Assembly: GCA_002104945.1 (NCBI GenBank)
Contig: MCFH01000010.1
Location: forward strand, 744,001 to 808,000
Reading direction: 5' to 3'
Length of the DNA: 64,000 bases
Source: Piromyces finnis finn
Taxonomy: Eukaryota > Fungi > Neocallimastigomycota
In this document: one piece after another, positions 18,140-31,880 of the stretch
Layout: every line of letters begins with the position of its first letter
How positions within the stretch are numbered: position 1 is the first letter of the stretch
Made by a program: the position numbers and the translations under genes
Notes under the pieces: model-generated
Database searches by the model: none
What the model saw: only the letters and a program-made list of their open reading frames with translations
What the model was told of the DNA's origin: nothing

Positions 18140-21100
18140 TTATTCGAACCATTTCTTCATATTTGAAAAATCAGTACCCTTGAGAAGAGTTGATGAATCA
18201 TTGCCTTTAATTAAATTACTCTTTCCATGAAGTTTAATTAAATCATTAAATTGCTTTTCTTCTTTAACTTCCTTTTGTTCACGCTTTGACTTCTTTTTAT
18301 CCTTCTTTTCTTTTTTGTCCTTCTTTTCAGCTACTACTGGGGTGGATTTATTATTTTCTGAAACAACTGGTTTTTCAGTAGCTTCAGACTTCTTTGCCTT
18401 CTTATTCTTCTTATTCTTTTTATTTTTGTTAGAAGATTCATTACTAACCTTTTGTTTCTTTGCTGGTGGATTTTCATTACTACCATTTTCAGTATTGTCC
18501 TTCTTATTCTTTTTACCCTTCTTTTCTTCGCCTCTCTTACGCTTACCATTAAGGATATTAACTGTATTTTCATCACTATTATTAGACTTGGCTAATTGTT
18601 CTCTCTTATTCTTTCTATTCATACGATCTTCACGACGCTTTAAAATAATACGGTTTTCAACTGCAAATTCAACAATTGGAGTACGTTTAGACATACCAGG
18701 GAATATCTTACCATTATTATTCATATAACGTAAACAGGCCAAGGCATCAGCATGTGATGCGAATTCAACAAAACCGCAACCCTTTGAACGACCCAACTTA
18801 GTTTCATTATCAATACGATCTTTGGATCTTAAGATTTTAGCCTGCATTCATTAAATATAAAATAATAAGGTATATTATTATTATTAATAAAAAGAGTATT
18901 GTTTTAGTATCATTTAATTTATAAATTTTGTGAATAAAAATATATAATGCATATTTATAATATTATATTGTTAATTGTTTCTCATATCTTTCAAAAATCT
19001 TAATACTTATTATCCACTTACTTGAGTAATAACAATTTTTCTTTTAATACTTGGTACACCTTTTCCATTAGCCTTTTCTTCTTCAATAACATAGTCTTCC
19101 AAGGTCTTTCTCTTATTGTTTTGAACATCCTTCCAAAAACCAATAACACTTTCTCTTGCCTTTTGTTTTAATGTCTTATCATCAATATTAGCAATTAAAT
19201 TTCTAATACTTAATCTAGTCTTACTAATGAATAAATTTGGATTTTTGGCAAGCATTTGTTTTCTACTAGTATAAGAAGTAATTCTCTTACTTAATTCAGA
19301 TTGGTTAATTTGTTTACCTAAATCAGAATCTGGGAAAATAACACCTTCTCTAATTAAATACATATTACGGGTATCTTCCTTACGTTTTTTAGTTTTAGTT
19401 GCATTAATTAATTGTTCAGCTTCACCACGTCTTACAGCAATATTAACCTTTAAAAATCTTCCATCTAAAATAAATGGAGCAGTAGCATCATTTAACATTG
19501 GTTCTGGTCTTAATACAGAATGAATGGTACTTTCCTTCTTTTTACCCTTTGGCTGTTGTTCATTCTCAAATTCATATGCATGCTTTTCAGCTTCTTCATA
19601 TGCCTTTAAACATTTCTCAGCATCTTCTTTTTTATGGAAACAAACAAAACCAGTACCTCTAGATTTTCCAGTTTCATAATCTTTTGTAATTCTAGCATAA
19701 CTTAATGAACCAAATACCTTAAACCTTTTATTTAATTAATAATTAATAAATTTAGTATTTTATTTTTATTTGCCAATAAATATATTATTTAGCAATGATA
19801 TAACGAAAAGTAAATTAAAATTTTAATAGTTATAAACCAACTTATATATAATGTATTTCAATATAAATGAAAATAATGCTTAATTTTTATTAATACTTAC
19901 TTTTCATAAAGACCATCTTGATCTGTGTCAAATGATAAATTTCTAATAAATAAAGTTTTCTTTTCTTCAACTTCTGGATATTTATTATTATCTTCTTCTT
20001 CGCTATCATTTTCTTCATCATCCATAATAACTTCAATTCCATCATCTTCCTCATCATCATCTTCTTCTTCATCTTCTTCTTCATTATCATCATCATCATC
20101 TTCTTCTTCTTCTTCTTCATTTTCTTCATCATCATCATCATCATCATTATCATCATTTTCTTCCTTATCATCGTTTTCTTCATTTTCTTCTTCATCGACC
20201 TCCATATTATCTTCACCTTCTTCACCTTCCTTTTCTTTATTTTCTTCTTCAATTTGTTTATATAATGCTCTTGGAACAGACCAATCAATAGCAACTGTTC
20301 TACCTAATATTTTTTGACCATTCATTTCATTCAAAGCCTTTTTAATAGCAATAATATTATTATATTAATAAAATATTATAAATACATTTTTAATAAAAAT
20401 AATAAAATTAATAATGGATTAACAACAATATAAAATAACGAAACTTAATTAACATTTTAAAAAATATATATAAATAAAAATTTTATTATACTTTTTCAGC
20501 ATCCTTTTCATTTATGAAACCAACAAAACCATAACCTCTTCCTAAATCTTCTCTTCCTTGTTTTGTTGGAACATCAATATAATCTAATGTACCGAACTTT
20601 TCAAATGCTTTTTGAAGATGATGTTTTTTACAAAAGAATGATAAATTACGAATAATAAGGCGTGGTTTAACTGTTGACTATTTATTATGATTAATAATAA
20701 TAGAATATGATTTTTAATTAAATATTAAAATGTATATTATTAAAAAGTAAATATTTATTAATTTACTAAATTAAAAAAAAAAGAGGAAATTATATATACT
20801 TACAGAATATTCCTTAATTTTGTTTTTAATATTTTTGTTTTTAGCTTAATTTTTGAATTAAAGATTAATTTATTATTAAAAAATATTTAAGTATTTAATA
20901 AGAATTTTAAAAAGACTAAAAGAATCTTAATTTTATTAGATATACATATAATAGATATGATAATTACCAGCTTGATCTTTACTAATAGCCATTTTTTTTT
21001 CTGAGGTACTAGTATTTTTTTTTAAGGCTAATTCTAATCTTAAGATTCTCTCTTCTCTAAATTTTTTATTTTTTAATTCTTCTATAGCACGTGTTGCATC

Positions 21101-21310
21101 TTCTGGAATTGCATATTGAACAAAACCATATCCCTTGTTAAGTCTTTTAATATCTTTTTTATCTTCTGGTAAGTTTTCCATTACTACAAAACAAGATCTT
21201 ACTGGACCAACTTCACTGAAAAATGCTTCTAATTGATCGTTTGTAGCATCATGAGGTAAACCTCTAACAAAAAGAGTTGCCTTAGCTCTACCACCATTAT
21301 TTGAACTCAT
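18140..21310 (-). CDS. NOP4: Nucleolar 4-RRM protein Nop4/RBM28 with a central acidic tract
   Basis: RRM1 TLFVRGLP...KGYGFVQYA, RRM2 PRLIIRNLSF, acidic E/D run, RRM3 KTLFIRNLSF...KSRGTGFVCF, linker DTRNMYLIREGVI, RRM4 NPNLFISKTRLSIRNL...RSKGCGFVEFASHADALACLR...RTPIVEFAVEN, then a K-rich tail. Confidence 0.93.
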
Positions 21311-23611
21311 TTTTTTTTATTTTTGAATATTTTAATATTGATATAAATTTATCTACTTATTAATAATTATATGATATTGATATATGTTGAAAATGGATTT
21401 ATGTGAAAATATATTAAATAATAATAAAAGTGTAAATAAACTTTACTGGTTATATATCATTAAATTAAAATCTTCAGATTTTCAAATCACACTTTTTTAT
21501 TATTTTAAAATTTATAAATTTTAAAAAAAAATAATATATACAATATATAATAATATAATCTAAAATTTTAAGAAATTTATCCAATCATAATTTTTTAATA
21601 TTTTTTTATTTTTTAAAAGAATTTTTTAGTATATCAATTTTGTAGAATATAAAATATTAAATAAATTAGAAAAAAAAAACTATTTTCTCTCAAAGGTTAT
21701 ACTAATATATCCTAAATATATATATATATATTATAATAATGAAGTAATTAACATTAATAGTTTTTTTAAAAGTATAAAATATACTTTTTATAATTTGTCA
21801 AAAAAAAAAAAAATAAAGGTACTTGAACTATTTTAGTTATAAAAATTAGTAATAATTTTAGTTTTTATATAATTAATATTTAAATGTTTTTAGCTACATA
21901 CTTATTATATCTTTTTTTTAAATTATAAAAAATTTTTTATAAAAAAAGATGATTACAAATATAATTTTTTACTTTTTTTTTTTTTTTTTTTTGAATTATG
22001 ATACTTATCATAAGGATTTAAGTTGTAGTTCTTGCGTGTGGTATTATCATATAACAATTTCTTTATTTATATTTTAATATATAATTTTTTAATTATATTT
22101 ATTTTTTATTGGTAAAAACTTAATTTTTAATAATTTTAAACAAAATTAAAAAAACACTAGTTTTAAATGCTACTTAATAGTTATTAGATGTAGAGTAATA
22201 ATTCTTTGAACTTTAATTATACAATCAATATATTTTTTAACAATATTTATAAATAAAAATATAATTTAACTATTTAAAATTTAAAATAAATGGATTCTTT
22301 TTAAAAATCACTATAGCTATGCTTACAAATACTTTACTAATTAATGTACTTTATAATTGAATTAATGATTTAAATACTTTAAATTATGATAATAAAGCTT
22401 AATGTTTCAATTAAATATTCATCCAAACTTGAATGATATTGATATATTACCTATTCAAATTTGAATGAATAAAAATTACTTATAATTTATTAATAAAATA
22501 TTGATAGTAATAGTATTAAAAGGAAATATATTGATCTTTCCATAAAATTATTGGATCAAAAATTTAGATGAATCGAAAGTAATGATTAGTAATACAGCAT
22601 AAAAAACTATAATTTTGTTAGTTTAATTTATAAATTCATTATTTCAAGTGATGAGGATATATCTGAAGCTAATGATGACATTTGATAATTATTATACTGG
22701 TTAAAAACTCTGAATATACCAACATTTTTTCTAAAATCATATTCTATTACTTGAAATTAGAATATTAATTCGAATGAATAGGGTATAATACTTGTAATGG
22801 TATCTAAAGGTTGTATTAATAAAATTGCTTGATTGCTTTATTTTTATATGAATAGTAATAATAGAATGATAATGTGCATTATTGGATTAAAGAACTCGTA
22901 AACATCACATTTAACTTTTTGTAACAAAATTTTAAAATCATATAGTATGAAAACATATAAAATAAATTTGTCGCATGCACCTGATAATCAAAAATAAAAA
23001 TCCTGACAACTCAAATATATTACATTCAAACAATTATCCACAAAGTTGAAAATACAATTATTCTAAAATATACTAATTTAATAGAAATTAATTAAAAGAC
23101 TATTTAATATATTGCATATATTTCATAGTTAAATATGGATAATATGCTTTAAGATGGTTTAAGGGTAGAATAAATAAAAAAGATTAACATTATATATTTA
23201 ATTAATAATATATACCATAAATGATGATATTTATCATTTTATTATTACTTATCTATAATTTAATATTTTGTTAGTTTTAATTTTAATAAAGTAAAATCGT
23301 TGGGTAAATTTTATGTTTTTAAATAGGTTATTTTTTTATCAAAATTTATTATCATTTTAATTTATTAACCAATAAAACTAATATACTTTTATAATAAATA
23401 AAACTTTATTAATCTATTTTAATATTTTAATATTTTATTATTATTATTATTCTATTGTTGTATTTGTGCTTAAAAGATAATAATTTTTCGTATGGGTATT
23501 ATTTTGATGTTTTATTTATATTAAATAAAATTTTAACTATACAAAATTGATTTTCTACTATTATTTATATTAAAGTTTAAATTATTTATAATTATAATTA
23601 TATTGCATTTG

Positions 23612-25531
23612 CTATTGGAGTTGAAGACTAATTCTGTATTCCATTAATCCATGTTCTTCATCTTGAATATATACGACAGCATCATGATCAATTAAATATT
23701 GGGCTACATTCAATTTTTGATTATTCACTGCAATTAATAAAGCAGTTTCATCACGATTATTTCGGGCATTAATATTTATTCCATGTTCTACCAAAAGTTG
23801 GACCAATTCTAAATCTCCATAAGCTGATACGTACATTAATGCGGTATAGCCCTCATTATCTTTATCGTTAATATTAGCACCTTGTTCAAGGAGATAACGT
23901 ATGACATTAATATCTCTATCTTCAAAAGCATTCAAAAAAGCAGTATATCCTCTATTTGAACTTTTATAATTAATATTTGCACCATGTTCAATTAAATATT
24001 TAACAACAGGGAAATGACCTTTAGCAGAAGCATACATTAATGCTGTCCATTCATACATATCCTTTTCATTAATATTTGCTCCATGTTCTATTAAAAATTT
24101 AACTGCATTGATACTACCAACACTTGAAGCATTCATTAATGAGGTTGAACCTTCATTGTCTTTTTCATCAATATTAGCACCTTTATTCAAAAGATAAACC
24201 ATTATTTCATAATATTTATTTTCAAATGATACAGAAAAGGCAGTCAAACCACTATTTTCACTTTTATGATTAACCTCAGCACCTTGCTCTACTAAATATT
24301 GAACAACTTCCATATGTCCTTTTTCAGATGCAAGCATTAATGGTGTCCAGTCATATGCATCTGTTTCATTAATTAAAGCATTCTTTTGTATTAAATATTT
24401 TACCATTTCAATATCACCTCGTGATGAAGCCCCCATCAATGCTGACCATCCATTACTTTCTGTGATATTTACATTATTTTGAATAAAATATTTTACTACA
24501 TCATTATAACCATTAAGTGAGGCAAGATTATAAGCTGTAAGTCCATTTACATTTTTTATGTCTGCTTTTGCTCCATGCTCCATTAAAAGTTTAACAGTAC
24601 CTAAATGACCATTTGAAGCTGCAAACATTAATGATGTATAATTAAACTCTCCAATAGCATTAATATCAGCATTGTTGTCAATTAAAAGTTTAACCATATT
24701 AAAATTTCCATTTCGAGCAGCGATAATAATGGCTGTTTCATCATATTCATTTTTTTCATTGACATTAGCACCTAATGAAATAAGGTAAGTTACTATATCC
24801 ATATCATCATTTTCAGCTGCTCTTAAAAGTAAGCCATAATTATTAATAATTTCTTTTTTACTTGAATTATTTGTATATTGAAAAAGAAATTTTAAAATGG
24901 TAATATCACTATCAATTGCTGACAAATAAGTAGATTTTGTTATTTGTATTTTAGTATTTTCTTTTTCTATTAACTCTTTAAATCTTTTTTTTCCTGTTAT
25001 TATTTTATTGACACTCATCATTAATAAATTTAGAATAAAAGTTTGGTTAAATATATAAAAATTAAATATAAAAAATAACCATTCTTTTTTGTGTTGTTCA
25101 ATAACATATTCAATAAAACATTTTTTTGAACCATCCTCATAATTTATATTTATTCCTCTTTGTAATAGAAAAGATAATTTTTTTGTTGTTAATAATTCAT
25201 TATTAATGAGATATATAAGCAAATTATCCTTATTGCTGTTGCAATAATTTATATCAGCTCCATAATTAATCAATGTTTCTGTTATTAAATAATTATCTGA
25301 AGCCATTGAAACAAATAATGGCGTTTGGCCCTTAAATTCAAAATTTAAAACTTGGTACTCTTTTATTAAAAATATTATAATTTCATTTGAGGCATGAGTT
25401 TCTATTGCATGTATTAAAATGTTAAAGTCTTCATTATTAATACTATTGACTTTAATATTATTAAAAATAAAGAAGGTTTTTAATTCATTTAAATTATCAA
25501 TTTTTATTAATTGTTTTAATTTTTTCTCCAT
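23612..25531 (-). CDS. Intronless ankyrin-repeat protein, 639 aa
   Basis: Single ORF with more than 12 ankyrin repeats (G-x-TAL-x-x-A-x-x-x-G-x-x-x-x-V-K-x-L-I-E-x-GA-x-IN). The N-terminal region contains degenerate repeats. Confidence 0.93.
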   Translation of the reverse strand: MEKKLKQLIKIDNLNELKTFFIFNNIKVNSINNEDFNILIHAIETHASNEIIIFLIKEYQVLNFEFKGQTPLFVSMASDNYLITETLINYGADINYCNSNKDNLLIYLINNELLTTKKLSFLLQRGININYEDGSKKCFIEYVIEQHKKEWLFFIFNFYIFNQTFILNLLMMSVNKIITGKKRFKELIEKENTKIQITKSTYLSAIDSDITILKFLFQYTNNSSKKEIINNYGLLLRAAENDDMDIVTYLISLGANVNEKNEYDETAIIIAARNGNFNMVKLLIDNNADINAIGEFNYTSLMFAASNGHLGTVKLLMEHGAKADIKNVNGLTAYNLASLNGYNDVVKYFIQNNVNITESNGWSALMGASSRGDIEMVKYLIQKNALINETDAYDWTPLMLASEKGHMEVVQYLVEQGAEVNHKSENSGLTAFSVSFENKYYEIMVYLLNKGANIDEKDNEGSTSLMNASSVGSINAVKFLIEHGANINEKDMYEWTALMYASAKGHFPVVKYLIEHGANINYKSSNRGYTAFLNAFEDRDINVIRYLLEQGANINDKDNEGYTALMYVSAYGDLELVQLLVEHGININARNNRDETALLIAVNNQKLNVAQYLIDHDAVVYIQDEEHGLMEYRISLQLQ

Positions 25532-26221
25532 TTAAATATATTTATATATTCTTGATTTATTTAAAAAAAAACAATATATCAGACAAAATAATATAAAGAT
25601 AAATAGATAATAATATATAATGATAAATCAACTATAAATTATAATTATAAAAAAAACTTTTGCTTAAGAAAAAGTTTTTAAAATTTTATTTTTTGAATAA
25701 TTTTAATATAATTTTATGTATACATAAATTTTTAATTAGCATATATTTTTTAATTCTTGATATAAAAAAAATAAAAATCTTTTTATTTTATATAGAAAAT
25801 GTTTAAGGTTTTTCATAATTCGGCATTTATAATATTATTACAAGTATTGGTGAATCACACATCTTGATAAATAAATGCTCTTCATTCTTGTTTTTGCTTT
25901 TATATAGATATTTTAATCTACTAATGTATATTTAAAATGATCTTTTTCTTTATAATTAAAATCTTATTTTTTTGTTCTTTTTTATTTTAATTATTCAGGT
26001 TATATTCTCTTTATTAATATATAAATAACAATAAAAAAGAACAAAAATTTAATGTTCATAACTAATTACAATTTATATATTCATATTTATAACAGATAAT
26101 AAAATTTTATTCTTTTATTTTTTTTTTTCTGTACTATAGATATTATGTTGCTGTTAATGTATATTGTTTTTTTTTGTTTGTTTTATTTCTATAATATACT
26201 AAATATACTAAATACTTATAC

Positions 26222-26412
<191 letters not shown>

Positions 26413-28333
26413 TATATTTTTGAGTTCTACTTTAACATTTCTTTTTAATTTATTCTTTAATATTTACTACATTTTTTTTTCTATATCACAAAATATTATT
26501 AAGTTAAAATAATATATACATGAATATATTATTTTATTTTTTATTTTCCAAATTAAAAGATTTGAAACCTTGTTGTACAAATAAATAATTAAAATTACAT
26601 AATTTATTTATCTTGTTATTATATTTTACAATTTAGTTTATTATATAATAATTAATGCTACTTTGGAGGAAGTATAATAATATTTCCATTATTAAATAAA
26701 GTTTATTTTTAATTAAATTTATTTGATATAACAATACTATAAATTTATTTAGAAGTTTATTTATTCGTTTATTCTACATAATTAAATTTTTTTATATATA
26801 GTACATAATATATTGGTTTATAAAGTAAATGAATTTAGCCTATATAATTATGTATATTTTTGATAAATAATTTTACCAATATAAATAACCTATAAATAAA
26901 TCTATATATTTTAAAGTTTATAATTTGTATTTAAGGTTACACAAATTTTTGATAGATAATTATTTTAAATTTAAAAAAAAAAAAACTTTTTTCAGTAAGA
27001 ATGAAAAAAATATAGTAATTTTACTCTATAATTAATGATATAAGATACTAAGTTTTTTATAATAAAATTATCTTATTTTAATGTATATAAATATAAGAAA
27101 TAAAAATTTGATAAATAATTTAATTCATATTGGTAGAGTATTTTATGCTATTATTTAAGGAATTTTTGGTATTATTAATTTATATATTCTTAAAATATAC
27201 ATATTAAACATGAAAAATTTTGAATTTAATCTTATTACGATTAAATTAAATTAATCACTTTAATTTACTAATATGGTATATTTGAGTATACTCCAATATA
27301 TTATTAATGTTTAATATAAATATAATAGAAAGAAAAAAAAAATTAAAATTATAAAATATAATATATATTGAAATGAATAACTTTTTTTCTTTTTTTTTGA
27401 AATATTTGTTATTAAATTGAACAAAAAAAAATAAATATTATTGATTTATTTTAATGTTTTAATTTAATAAACAATAAACTACTGAATAAACACAAGATTT
27501 ATAAAAAAAAGAAAATAAAAATAAAATCAATATTAATAAAAAAACAAATTTTTATTTAAAAATAATTTAATATAAAAAAAAAAATCAATAGTATAATTTT
27601 CTTAATGTTGATTGATTTTTAAATTGATTAATATTTTTATTAAAAAAAAATAAAGAGAATGAATTATAATTATAATAATAAATATATAAACCTTATTAAT
27701 GAATATTTATTTAAAAATATTTAAGTTGAAATATTGGTTATCTTAGCCGAATGAAACAATCTTAAATGGAATAAATAATTTTAAGATATTTTTATATTCA
27801 TTTGAATCAACATTATTAATAAAAGTTTATTTACACAAATATATTGATAATAAAAAATATAATTATTTATATTTAATAGTATAATATAATGAGTAATATT
27901 CTCAAAAGTACAACATAAAATAAAATATTCAATATATATAAATATTATTAATATTTAAATAATTAATACTAGAATTATTAAATCAACAATAGTAATAATA
28001 AAATTAAAAGTTTATCAATATTAATTTATAAAGTTGTATAATAAAAATTTATAATTTAATATTAGTTATAACATTCATATAATATTTTTTTCGGAATGAT
28101 AATAAAAATCATTTTAAATAAGGAATTTATGATTTTTTTATATATATAGGCATCCGAAAAAATATATTCAAAATTATACAAATGATAAAATTATAAACGC
28201 AATTACATCATATTTTAACATAATATAAAATAAAAATAATAAATTACTAAAAAATATCGATATAAATAATTATCTTGTAAATAAATCAATAAAACTATAT
28301 AATTATTTTTATAAATAATATAATATAGTCAAA

Positions 28334-31235
28334 ATGAGAAGAAAGAATTTAATTAGCACTATTATTATAATAGTATTTATGATAATAAAAGAAGTTCAAT
28401 CTCATAATGAAGAAAAAGAATCATTAATAAATCTATTCAAAAATTTGACCGTTCTAGATGTTTATGCAAATGATTATTATCAAATATTACAAGGAAATAT
28501 TAATAATAATAATAATTTAGTAACGTTAGATCAGAATGGTCATGTAATTAAACTGTAAGTGTGGAATACAAACTTTTTTTTTTAAAAAAAAAAAATTGAA
28601 GTATTTAAGAATTAACTGATTTTTATTTTAATTATTTTTGAAAAAAAAAATTGAATACAAATTCATATAGTAATATAGGTAGTAAGCTTGACAAATCAGC
28701 AAATAATATTCTAAATGAATCAATATGTAACTTAATACACTTAGAAGTATTGTAAGCAAACAATTATATTAAATTATTAAATTAATATATATATTTAGTA
28801 AACAATAGTAAGAATAATAATTTATTAAATTATATTTAATTTAATTCAATTATAACAGAGATTTAGCAAATAATAATTTAAAAGGAAATAGAATGTATTA
28901 TGGTCAATTACCCGAATGTTTAAATAATTTAACTTTATTGCATACTTTTAACATTAGTGGAAATAAATTTAGAGGTCATTTACCGAAATTAAATTCTTCA
29001 TCATTAAAAATATGTAACCTTGACCTTGGGGAAGAAAAAAATGAATTATGTTTATTTCATAAAGATACTATTCCTGTTTCTTGTTTAAATTTTGAGTCTG
29101 AATTAAAAAGTTTTATAGATTACCCAAATGATAAGATCTTCTTTAAAAATAATAAAATAGAATTATGTAAAAATATATTTGTATCTAATAAAGAAGAAGA
29201 TAAAAATACTGAAATAAGAAAAGGCGAGAAAAAAAATACAGATAAAGATGTAATAATATATTCAAGTATATTTCCATTAGTTAGTTTAATAATAACAGTT
29301 GGAGCTACAATGTATGGAAGGATAAAAAGTAAGTTTAACAAAAAAGATAATATTACAACCTTTACTGCAAGTTTATCTCATTTACCTAATAATTTTGGTA
29401 ACGGAAGTAATACAAATAATCATCAATCACACAATACTAAATTTGATTCATTTATACAACCAGCTCCAAGACCTGATAATGAAAATTCTTCATTATTTAA
29501 CAGTAAAACTAATTCATTAAGTATAGTAGATCAAAAAAGAATATCAAGTAATCCTTCTACTACTAGTGTTGCAAATACATCAGTTAGCTCTACTATACAA
29601 CAAAGTCCAGTAATGGCATCCAATGAAATAAAAAATCTTAATTATCGTGTAATTGGTAGTAATTATCCATTAAACTCATCTGAAGTTCTTCACCTTAAAA
29701 ATAACACATCTATAGGGCAAAGTAATAGAATTAATGCTATGTCAAGCAATATTAATAGTACACAATCAACAATAGTTCAAGAAACAATGAGCAAAGTAGA
29801 AAAAACCAATTGTATAGATAATTCAATTATTAATTCGAATATATCTAACAATACTAGCAATTCAACACCAAGCAAAGCTTTAGAAAGCTTAGACATGTTA
29901 CTTTCATCTCCACAAGCAATGTATTATAGGGAAAAAATCTCGCCCTCTCTTAGACCAGGGATGAAGTCATCAAAAGCTATATCACCAATTCAACTCACAA
30001 AATCATATCCTTCAAAAATGAATCCATATTCACCATCAATTAATTTATATTCTAGAAGTCCTATCAATAAGGATAAATCACCTACATTAGTAAATTCTAA
30101 TAGTGAATATTCTACTAAAATACCAACATCACCGGCAATCTCAGTTCCAAAATATATGTCTTCTTTATCTCCAGATATAAAATCGCAACAAAGCTTAAGA
30201 CTTAGTCAAGCAACTTCTTCTAATAATTATATTTCTCATATTCCTAAAAAACCAAGGGTTAGAAGAGTTGTATATAGTTTTATTGCAGATTTACCAGATG
30301 AATTGCAATTGACTCCAGGTCAAGAGGTTATTATTCATAAGGTATTTGATGATGGTTATGCATATGGTGAAAATGCCTCAAGTGGACAATTAGGTGTTTT
30401 TCCAATTACATCACTTCATCCTGATGACCAAGATATTTTACCAGAAGAAATAGAATCTTCACCAAGTCTTAACGATATGCAATTCTCTCAATTAAGTATG
30501 AATAAAAGTCCAACATTGATAAGTCCATTAATGAATTATTCTCTTTCCCCATCAAAGTTTAATAATATTAAAATTCAAGAGATATCGCAATCATTAATTG
30601 CTAATAAAAGTAATATTAATAGTCATGATATATCTATAGATAATTATGGAAGAGCAGTTAATACAAATAATTTATATCCAATAAATAATAGCCAAAATAG
30701 TAATAGTCAAAATAGTAATAGCCAAAATAGTTTAACAGATGAAGATGATATCGATACATTAAGAAAACAATCAAAGATAGGTTATTCTGCTTTTATGGAT
30801 CAGCAAAAACAGAAATTAATAAAAAAACAAGCGAAACAAGCTAGAAAAAATAAAATGAAGTCATTAAATAGTAATTATTATAATAATGATAAAAGGTTTT
30901 ACCAAGAACCCCCCTTTTCTCCAACAAATCTTATGCAAAATATTGTATTGAATGAAAATGTTAATAATAGAATGTTTGGAAATAATGGTTATCCATCTCA
31001 GTTATCATATAATTCTCAGCTATCTAACGATATAGCAAGTTCTTCATCACCATTTTATTCATCACAGTATAAAAATGGTATAAGTCCAGAGTCGCAACAT
31101 TCTTTGGAAATGCAACGTATAGAAGATCGTAGGTATAAACAAATAAAATTATTAAATGATAGATTAAGCAAGAAAGATATAGGACCTGAAGAAAAAAGAT
31201 ATTATTTAAAATTACTTCAACAATTAACAAATTAA
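28334..31235 (+). CDS. Receptor-like protein: signal peptide, plant-type LRR ectodomain, TM helix, cytosolic SH3; 3 exons (28334-28554, 28671-28751, 28859-31235), about 892 aa
   Basis: Phase-consistent splicing. N-terminal hydrophobic segment (LISTIIIIVFMIIKEVQS); LRRs LEVLDLANNNLKG and GQLPECLNNLTLLHTFNISGNKFRGHLPKL; TM VIIYSSIFPLVSLIITVGATMY; SH3 RRVVYSFIADLPDELQLTPGQEVIIHKVFDDGYAYGENASSGQLGVFPITSL. Confidence 0.85.
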
Positions 31236-31880
31236 GGGAATTTTAAAATTTTATAATTAATAAGATAAAATTAAATTTTGATAGAACATATTTTATTTTT
31301 TTTTTATTATAATATTACCCACAAGATAATTAGAATATTAATAGTCATTTAAAGATTAAAAGTATAATAGTATTAATGTAATGTAATTAAATGAAATGTT
31401 TTTATTAAAAAAATAAAAATATAAAAAAAAATCTATACCAAAAAAATAAGTCTAAACAAAAAAATAAATAAACTTATTTTACCATATATAAATAATAATA
31501 AAAAATATACATTTTATTTGTTACTTATTTATTATTATTTATTTTGTTGTTATATTGTTAGTTTACCTATCTATTATTTATTAATATTTTTTTTTTTCAA
31601 TAATGTAAATAATGTATTTTACATATTAATTTGATGTAATTAATTTGATAAATATGATTGGTTATATTATTTATTCATATTTAAACATAACTAAAAGAGT
31701 TTTTTTTTTAAATAAAAATTATAATATTATCATAAACATAATAGTTATAAAAGTAATATTATTATCAATATCATAGTTATTATTATACTATAATAAAATA
31801 ATGTTGTATATTATCTCATATCTAAAAAAGAAAAAAATTAACATAATATTTATTAATAAATTACAAATAGATATAACAAT

